Assembly: GCA_963705505.1 (NCBI GenBank)
Contig: CAVPJU010000010.1
Coordinates: 256,001-320,000, forward strand
Direction of reading: 5' to 3'
Length of the DNA stretch: 64,000 nucleotides
From: an uncultured bacterium
Lineage (GTDB): Bacteria > Desulfobacterota_D > UBA1144 > Nemesobacterales > UBA2774
Shown here: piece after piece, positions 58,423 through 64,000 of the stretch
Numbering within the stretch: position 1 is the stretch's first letter
How the letters are laid out: each line of letters begins with the position of its first letter
Position numbers and translations under genes: made by a program
Notes under the pieces: generated by a model
Told to the model about the DNA's origin: nothing
Seen by the model: only the letters and a program-made list of their open reading frames with translations
Databases searched by the model: none

Positions 58423-59094
58423 ATGAACCGCAATCTCAGAAAGCTTCTACCCAGGGGTATTGTATCTATTCTTTTTCTATGGTTCTTCGTAATCGGGGGT
58501 TGTGACATCGAGTTCGGGAGCGGAAATAGCGGAGGAGGAGGGGGCGGCGGCGGGAATACCGATGTCGAAACAATCCAGGGTACCGTTGTCGATATAATCC
58601 CGGACCAGAACATTCAGGGAATCCTCGTTTCAATCACGATCGATAATTCGTCGCCCGTGACGGACGTAACGGACGCCTCCGGCTTCTTTGCAATAGACGG
58701 CCCTTTTGCGGGCAATCCTCAGATATCGTTCACCGATACGAATGCGAACCCGCTGGGCACTATAGTCATAAACGTATTCCCGACCGCTCTGGTCGATCTC
58801 GGCGATATAAGCCTCAATAGCGGTACTGTGACTTTGCAGGATCAGACACAAGTCACTTTCGACGGGGACGTAACCGTAAACAACTGCACGGGGAACAGCG
58901 GCTCTTTAGAAGTAGAGGCGCAGAACGACCAGGGAAAAACGACTATCATAGTCCAGATATCGGCATCGACCGACCTTATAGACCAAGGCGACACCATCAC
59001 ATGTGAAGACATACTGCTGGGACGTAGCGTGCAGGTCCAGGGAGATATAGCGAGCGGCAACACTGTGGACGCCTCGAGGGTAGAGATAAATTAA
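58423..59094 (+). CDS. Hypothetical lipoprotein with Gly-rich tether and beta-rich body
   Basis: GGAGG RBS, lipobox VIGGC, poly-Gly stretch. Confidence 0.75.
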   Translation: MNRNLRKLLPRGIVSILFLWFFVIGGCDIEFGSGNSGGGGGGGGNTDVETIQGTVVDIIPDQNIQGILVSITIDNSSPVTDVTDASGFFAIDGPFAGNPQISFTDTNANPLGTIVINVFPTALVDLGDISLNSGTVTLQDQTQVTFDGDVTVNNCTGNSGSLEVEAQNDQGKTTIIVQISASTDLIDQGDTITCEDILLGRSVQVQGDIASGNTVDASRVEIN

Positions 59095-59161
59095 GCACGC
59101 GATCGTATTAAAATTCGTATAATCAAGCCCGACGGCATCCGGCAATATAATTTGAGCTTAT

Positions 59162-59746
59162 TTACTGCTTTTCCTCATCGAGGGACTTAATTTTCTTCTC
59201 AAGCTCTTTTATCTTCTCCTTGAGATACTCGACTTCTTTAGCCGTATGAGGGGGAGACGCTTCCTGTGCAGGTTCCGGCTTAGCCCAGGGGAATTCCCCG
59301 CCTGCAGGCATTTCCGATAAGTTCATGAGGTCGAAGTTGGGAGGGAGTTTAACGCCCGGAGGGAACCATCCCATCTCCTGCCAAAGGCGTATATTCTTCT
59401 TGAAATTCTCCTGCACCGAAAAATAGGGCTGAAACATCATGAGAAAGTAATTCTCAAAGAAGTCCTTCGCGACCTTATTCCCGTACTTGATGAGCATATG
59501 GAGAAAAGAAACGGGCAGAATATCCTCTTTGTTCTTCTCGCTCTCGAGCACTACCTGGATCAATATGACTTTTGAAATATCGGCGCCGGTCTGGGAGTCT
59601 ATAACCTTGACTTCGTTCCCCTCGCGTATGAGCGCACCTATGTCGTCCAGTGTGACATATCTCTTATTGGTGGAGTCGTAAAGTCTCCGGTTACTGTATT
59701 TTTTAATTGTGACCTGGCCCGGGGTTTCTTTTTCTTCTTTCGGCAT
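59162..59746 (-). CDS. phaR: PhaR-like PHA synthesis regulator (DNA-binding domain)
   Basis: IKKYSNRRLYDS...YVTLDDI...G....VID..TG.DI....L.Q. Confidence 0.82.
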   Translation of the reverse strand: MPKEEKETPGQVTIKKYSNRRLYDSTNKRYVTLDDIGALIREGNEVKVIDSQTGADISKVILIQVVLESEKNKEDILPVSFLHMLIKYGNKVAKDFFENYFLMMFQPYFSVQENFKKNIRLWQEMGWFPPGVKLPPNFDLMNLSEMPAGGEFPWAKPEPAQEASPPHTAKEVEYLKEKIKELEKKIKSLDEEKQ

Positions 59747-59880
59747 AAGTACTATAATTATTCAAAGAAACTATCGCGAGTCAAGAAATATATAAATTAA
59801 GCACTTGACAATTTACAGGAAAAAAAGGAATATTTTATAGATAATACGAAAGCAGAGTTAGTCGAACAGGAGCTTAGGGG

Positions 59881-60837
59881 ATGACCAGCAAACCTTACAA
59901 AATCTGGCTTAACGGCGGATTTGTACCGTGGGACGAGGCGTCAGTACACGTCCTGACGCACACTCTTCACTACGGGCTCGCCGTTTTTGAGGGCATAAGG
60001 GCGTATAAATGCGGCGGCAAGAAGTCGGCCGTTTTCAGGCTGCCCGAGCACATAGACAGGCTTTACGCATCTGCTCACATTGCCCAAATCAAGATACCCT
60101 ACTCCAAGGAAGAGACTCACGACGCGATCATAGACCTGCTCACGGTTAACGACCTTGAGGAAGCCTATATCAGGCCGATCGCCTTCATAGGCGGCGGGAA
60201 AGTAGGACTCCATCCCGGCGACAACCCCATTACTTTGGCAATTTCCGCCTATCCCTGGGGTACGTATCTCGGTGAGGGGGCGTTATCCAAGGGTATAAGC
60301 GCGAAAATCTCTTCGTTTACCAGGATGGGCGTAAATTCGTTCATGACCAAAGCCAAGATCAGCGGTAATTACGCGAATTCGGTCCTCGCCAAGCTCGAAG
60401 CAACCTCTCTCGGGTTCGACGAAGCCGTATTGCTCGACACGGAGGGTTACGTCGCTGAAGGGACAGGAGAAAACATTTTCATTATCAGGAACGGCATTCT
60501 AAAAACCCCGCCTCTCACGTCCGTACTCGAAGGAATAACAAGGGACTCAGTTATCGAAATAGCGAAGGACGAGGGGATCGAAATAGAAACCGAGCGTTTC
60601 ACGAGGGACGAGCTATACATCGCGGACGAGGCCTTTTTCACCGGGACGGCCGCCGAGATAACGCCTATCAGGGACGTGGATAAAAGGGTAATCGGGAAAG
60701 GAAAGCCGGGGCCTGTAACGAAAAGGCTGCAATCGAGGTTTTTCGATATTGTCGAAGGGCGGGATTCCAAGTTCATCGAATGGCTCGAATTCTTTCCCGC
60801 GGTATCGCCTCTCAAAGTCAAGAATGAGTCTTTATAA
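59881..60837 (+). CDS. ilvE: Branched-chain amino acid aminotransferase
   Basis: LHYGLAVFEGIRAY, AKISGNY, EGTGENIF, LEGITR, TGTAAE. Confidence 0.96.
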   Translation: MTSKPYKIWLNGGFVPWDEASVHVLTHTLHYGLAVFEGIRAYKCGGKKSAVFRLPEHIDRLYASAHIAQIKIPYSKEETHDAIIDLLTVNDLEEAYIRPIAFIGGGKVGLHPGDNPITLAISAYPWGTYLGEGALSKGISAKISSFTRMGVNSFMTKAKISGNYANSVLAKLEATSLGFDEAVLLDTEGYVAEGTGENIFIIRNGILKTPPLTSVLEGITRDSVIEIAKDEGIEIETERFTRDELYIADEAFFTGTAAEITPIRDVDKRVIGKGKPGPVTKRLQSRFFDIVEGRDSKFIEWLEFFPAVSPLKVKNESL

Positions 60838-61276
60838 GGGACACCTCGCAGGCGGTGTCTTTGCGTTCATCGTATATCTGGTCATACTCGCGGTATTCTT
60901 CTCCTATAAACCCACATACGAAACCCTAATATGGTTCGGACTCTGCATACTGGGTTCCATATGGCCGGACATAGACACGAGCAGTACGGCGCAAAAGCTT
61001 TTTTACGGCTTTTTTCTAGTCCTCGACGGGATATTCCTTCTTGCCGGACAATTCACGAAAGCTGCTATCCTCGGTTTTTTTGCGCTCCTGCCCATAATCG
61101 GCAAGCACAGGGGATGGACTCATTCCCTATCGGCCGCATTTATCATCCCCTCGCCCCTGATCGTGCTTCCGGTAATCAAGCCCGAGCTGAATGCGGGCGG
61201 GCTCGAATACTACGTTCCCGTGGTAATAGGGTATTTAAGCCACCTGGTACTTGATAAGGAGTTCAAGCTCTTCTAG
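60824..61276 (+). CDS. Membrane metal-dependent hydrolase (YdjM-like)
   Basis: GH, PDID, HRGWTHS, SHLVLD. Confidence 0.85.
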   Translation: MSLYKGHLAGGVFAFIVYLVILAVFFSYKPTYETLIWFGLCILGSIWPDIDTSSTAQKLFYGFFLVLDGIFLLAGQFTKAAILGFFALLPIIGKHRGWTHSLSAAFIIPSPLIVLPVIKPELNAGGLEYYVPVVIGYLSHLVLDKEFKLF

Positions 61277-61278
61277 GC

Positions 61279-62931
61279 TCATTTCACATCGATTCGGAAA
61301 GGCATAATGGCGAGGCAGCCCTCGGCAGACGCTCCGCCGATATTCTCTATCAGCCGTGTCAATTCATCCAGATAAGCGGATCCCCCGAATAACGACGAGA
61401 TCTTGACCCCACCGTAAGCTGAGTAGAACCTGAGCCGGGGAGTCTCGTCTCCGGGCATTCCGGATTCACGTTTTGCAATATTTACGGCATCCCAGAACCC
61501 GCCAAGCTCGTCCACGAGCCCGAGTGCCTTAGCCTGCCTGCCTGTCCATACCCTGCCCTTCGCCGCTTTCTCGGCCTCCCCCGGATCCATATCCCTCCCC
61601 TCGGAAACCGTCCTGACGAATTCCCCGTAATAGAATTTCATCAGTTCATCGAGCTTCTTCTCCTCGTCCTCCGAAAAGCCCCTGCTCGGAGAAAACATAA
61701 GGGATTTCTTTCCGACGGGAATGAGCTCCTTTTTAACCCCGAGTTTTTCATAAAAATCACCGAGAGCGAACTTGCCCGAGACTATGCCTATGGAGCCGGT
61801 GAGCGTCATCGGGTCGGCCACGATTTTATGAGCCCCGAGAGCGATAAGGTATCCGCCTGACGCGGATACATCCGACATGGACAGAACGACCGGTATCCTT
61901 TCAGAAACCTGCCGGAGACTTTCCCGTATCAGGTCGGAGGCGACCCCGGAACCGCCCGGAGTCAGTATCCTGAGAACGAGGGCCTTTATGTCCCTGTCTT
62001 TCGACAATCGCCCGAGCAGCTCGAGCAGGGAACCCGACCCCATGGTCTTCATCCCACTGCGCCCCATGCTCCGGCCGAGCGTAACGATGCCGGAGCAGGT
62101 TACGACCGCGATCCGACCGCCCCGTCCTCTGATCCTTCCGAGAAAGGAACCGAACGCGTCCTTAATTTTCAATATCCTGTTAAAACTCTCAGCAGTAAGG
62201 GCACAGACCTTGACACCCGTAAGCTCCCCTGCCCGGCCTTCGATTTCCGACTCATACGCCGTGCCGTCAATAAGTCCTTCCCCGAGAGCCGAAGCGGGTA
62301 TGAAAGGCCCCCTGTCCATTATGCCCCTGACATCCCCGCACTCGATTCCCCTGCCCTCGGATACGGCTTCCTCAAGCTGCGCTTGCAGGTCGCCGGTTAT
62401 GGAATCGAGCATCTCCCTATGGGGTTGGGACATGGAACCCCTCGTAAACGTTTCCGCCGCGCTCTTGTACTCGCCGTACCCCTTTAACAGGGCCGATATA
62501 CCGAGCTTGCCGAGCAGGTCCTTGAAAAATGTGACCTCCGCGCCAAGACCTATAAGGTTGAGCATCGACCAGGGAGGCATATATACATACTCCCCGGCAG
62601 AAGCTATGAGGTATTCGATATTCCCCCCGCTCTCTAAATATACGAAAACCCTTTTCCCGCGGCTCCTGAGGGCGAGAAGGCGTCTCCTCAGGGAATTGGC
62701 GCGGGCGAGTCCTATCTTAAGCTCGCTTATCACGACGAGCACACCCAGTATGTCGTCCGAGTCCTCGAGGCGAGACATTATCTTTTCTATATTTCCGATC
62801 GTAAGCTTCTTTTTGCCCCCTAGAAAAGGGAGAAAACCCTTTTCTTCCTCTTCGGGAATCTCCCCCCTGAGGTCAAAGGTAACAAAATTATATTTTCGTA
62901 AGGACTTAATCAGGCTATGAGCAAAATTCAT
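61279..62931 (-). CDS. sppA: Signal peptide peptidase SppA (67K type)
   Basis: YKSAAE, TPGGS, SASGGY, TGSIG, GRVWTG.QA..LGLVDELG. Confidence 0.92.
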   Translation of the reverse strand: MNFAHSLIKSLRKYNFVTFDLRGEIPEEEEKGFLPFLGGKKKLTIGNIEKIMSRLEDSDDILGVLVVISELKIGLARANSLRRRLLALRSRGKRVFVYLESGGNIEYLIASAGEYVYMPPWSMLNLIGLGAEVTFFKDLLGKLGISALLKGYGEYKSAAETFTRGSMSQPHREMLDSITGDLQAQLEEAVSEGRGIECGDVRGIMDRGPFIPASALGEGLIDGTAYESEIEGRAGELTGVKVCALTAESFNRILKIKDAFGSFLGRIRGRGGRIAVVTCSGIVTLGRSMGRSGMKTMGSGSLLELLGRLSKDRDIKALVLRILTPGGSGVASDLIRESLRQVSERIPVVLSMSDVSASGGYLIALGAHKIVADPMTLTGSIGIVSGKFALGDFYEKLGVKKELIPVGKKSLMFSPSRGFSEDEEKKLDELMKFYYGEFVRTVSEGRDMDPGEAEKAAKGRVWTGRQAKALGLVDELGGFWDAVNIAKRESGMPGDETPRLRFYSAYGGVKISSLFGGSAYLDELTRLIENIGGASAEGCLAIMPFRIDVK

Positions 62932-62988
62932 CCGGCAGACCCATAAAATACTGTTGATAAGAAAGCCGAGAACCCGCAAGCGTTCAGG

Positions 62989-64000
62989 CTATCTTTCCAT
63001 GATATAAGAAACCAGAGTCCTGACTCCGAACCCTGTGCCGCCTTTCGGGTTCCAGTTGCTATCCTTCTCGGTATAAGCGGGGCCCGCGATGTCGATGTGC
63101 GCCCAGGGAATATTCCCGACGAAGTTCTCGAGAAACATCGCCGCTGTAATTGCGCCCCCCCACCTGCTGCCGGCGTTTTTTATATCCGCGACATCGCTTT
63201 TAATATCCGAGCGCAATTCATCGTCCATCGGCAGCTGCCATATTTTTTCCCCGGCGGAATCGGCGGCCTTTTTAATCCTGTCCAAGAGCTTCTGGTCATT
63301 GCCCATCAGACCGGCTGTATATGTACCCAACGCGACCATACACGCCCCGGTGAGCGTCGCAAGATCGATAATCTCGTCGACCTTCAGATGCACCGCGTAA
63401 GAAAGGGCATCTGAAAGCACTATCCTCCCCTCGGCGTCGGTATTTATGACCTCTATCGTTTTCCCGTTATACGCCCTTATCACATCGTCCGGTTTATACG
63501 CTCCCGGACCCGTCATATTCTCGCACGAAGAAATAAGTCCATGAACCCTTATGGAGGGCCTGAGACGCGATAAGGTCTTCATAATTCCAAGGACCGCTGC
63601 CGCGCCCGCCATATCCATTTTCATCGTACGCATGCTGTCCGCAGGCTTTATACAGAGTCCCCCGGAATCGAACGTAATGCCCTTCCCGACGACAGCCAGG
63701 GTCGTTTTAGGCTTTTTGCCGGGCGGCTCATAGGTGAGATGGATAAACCTTGGAGGCTCATCGCTCCCGCTCGATACGGCGACGATGCCCGCCATGCCCC
63801 TCCTCTTTATCTCATCGAGATCGAATATCTCGCACTTCAGATTGCCCTCGTCAGCTATCGCTGTAGCCGTCTCGGCGAGCCTCGAAGGCGTCATATAGTC
63901 GGGCGGCTCATTTACCAGATCGCGGGCGAGGCACGTGGATTCCGAGACCGCTTTTGCCAAGTCTATCTCTTCCTCGAACTTCCTGTCTTTCATATGTTTG
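62989..64000 (-). CDS. pepA: Leucyl aminopeptidase (M17) catalytic domain; 5' end lies beyond the window
   Basis: VGKGITFDSGG, MKMDMAG, NTDAEGR, ATLTG, HIDIAG; frame open to the window edge. Confidence 0.95.
   Translation of the reverse strand, partial: KHMKDRKFEEEIDLAKAVSESTCLARDLVNEPPDYMTPSRLAETATAIADEGNLKCEIFDLDEIKRRGMAGIVAVSSGSDEPPRFIHLTYEPPGKKPKTTLAVVGKGITFDSGGLCIKPADSMRTMKMDMAGAAAVLGIMKTLSRLRPSIRVHGLISSCENMTGPGAYKPDDVIRAYNGKTIEVINTDAEGRIVLSDALSYAVHLKVDEIIDLATLTGACMVALGTYTAGLMGNDQKLLDRIKKAADSAGEKIWQLPMDDELRSDIKSDVADIKNAGSRWGGAITAAMFLENFVGNIPWAHIDIAGPAYTEKDSNWNPKGGTGFGVRTLVSYIMER

Overview
A mostly housekeeping chromosomal segment of a Gram-negative bacterium. Gene content and codon style suggest a Deltaproteobacteria-like lineage such as Ca. 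Dadabacteria (inference only). It carries a partial dinB, lipB/lpdA/aceEF-lpdA, ileS, lutABC, mrcA, cysK, ftsH-folP-cdaA-cdaR-glmM-pdxJ, fur, folC, a histone-deacetylase-family gene, a DnaC-like loader pair, rpe, metK-ahcY-xerD-M50-scpAB, der, phaR, ilvE, sppA and a partial pepA. At least eight single-base frameshifts, most in conserved genes, point to an unpolished long-read consensus. The most unusual signal is non-coding: four intergenic mosaics of co-oriented REP-like palindromes (5.7-6.0, 7.5-8.2, 19.7-19.9 and 20.4-20.7 kb). Several of these palindromes are split by 85-91 nt inserts that differ in sequence but share an internal core (..AATGGCGTCC..) at a fixed distance from the right end and meet the REP at a G|TT junction. 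One filled/empty site pair and tandem stacking are visible, which suggests an undescribed REP-targeted cassette or capture system, although no candidate enzyme lies in the window. Other points of note are a 28-bp Xer dif site at 27193-27220, an AT-rich NurA-like fragment fused to a truncated LuxR regulator, a sigma-54 module driving a hidden small secreted protein plus a methyltransferase, an IleRS that has lost its C-terminal zinc ligands, and a Fur box upstream of fur. No rRNA, tRNA or CRISPR array was found.
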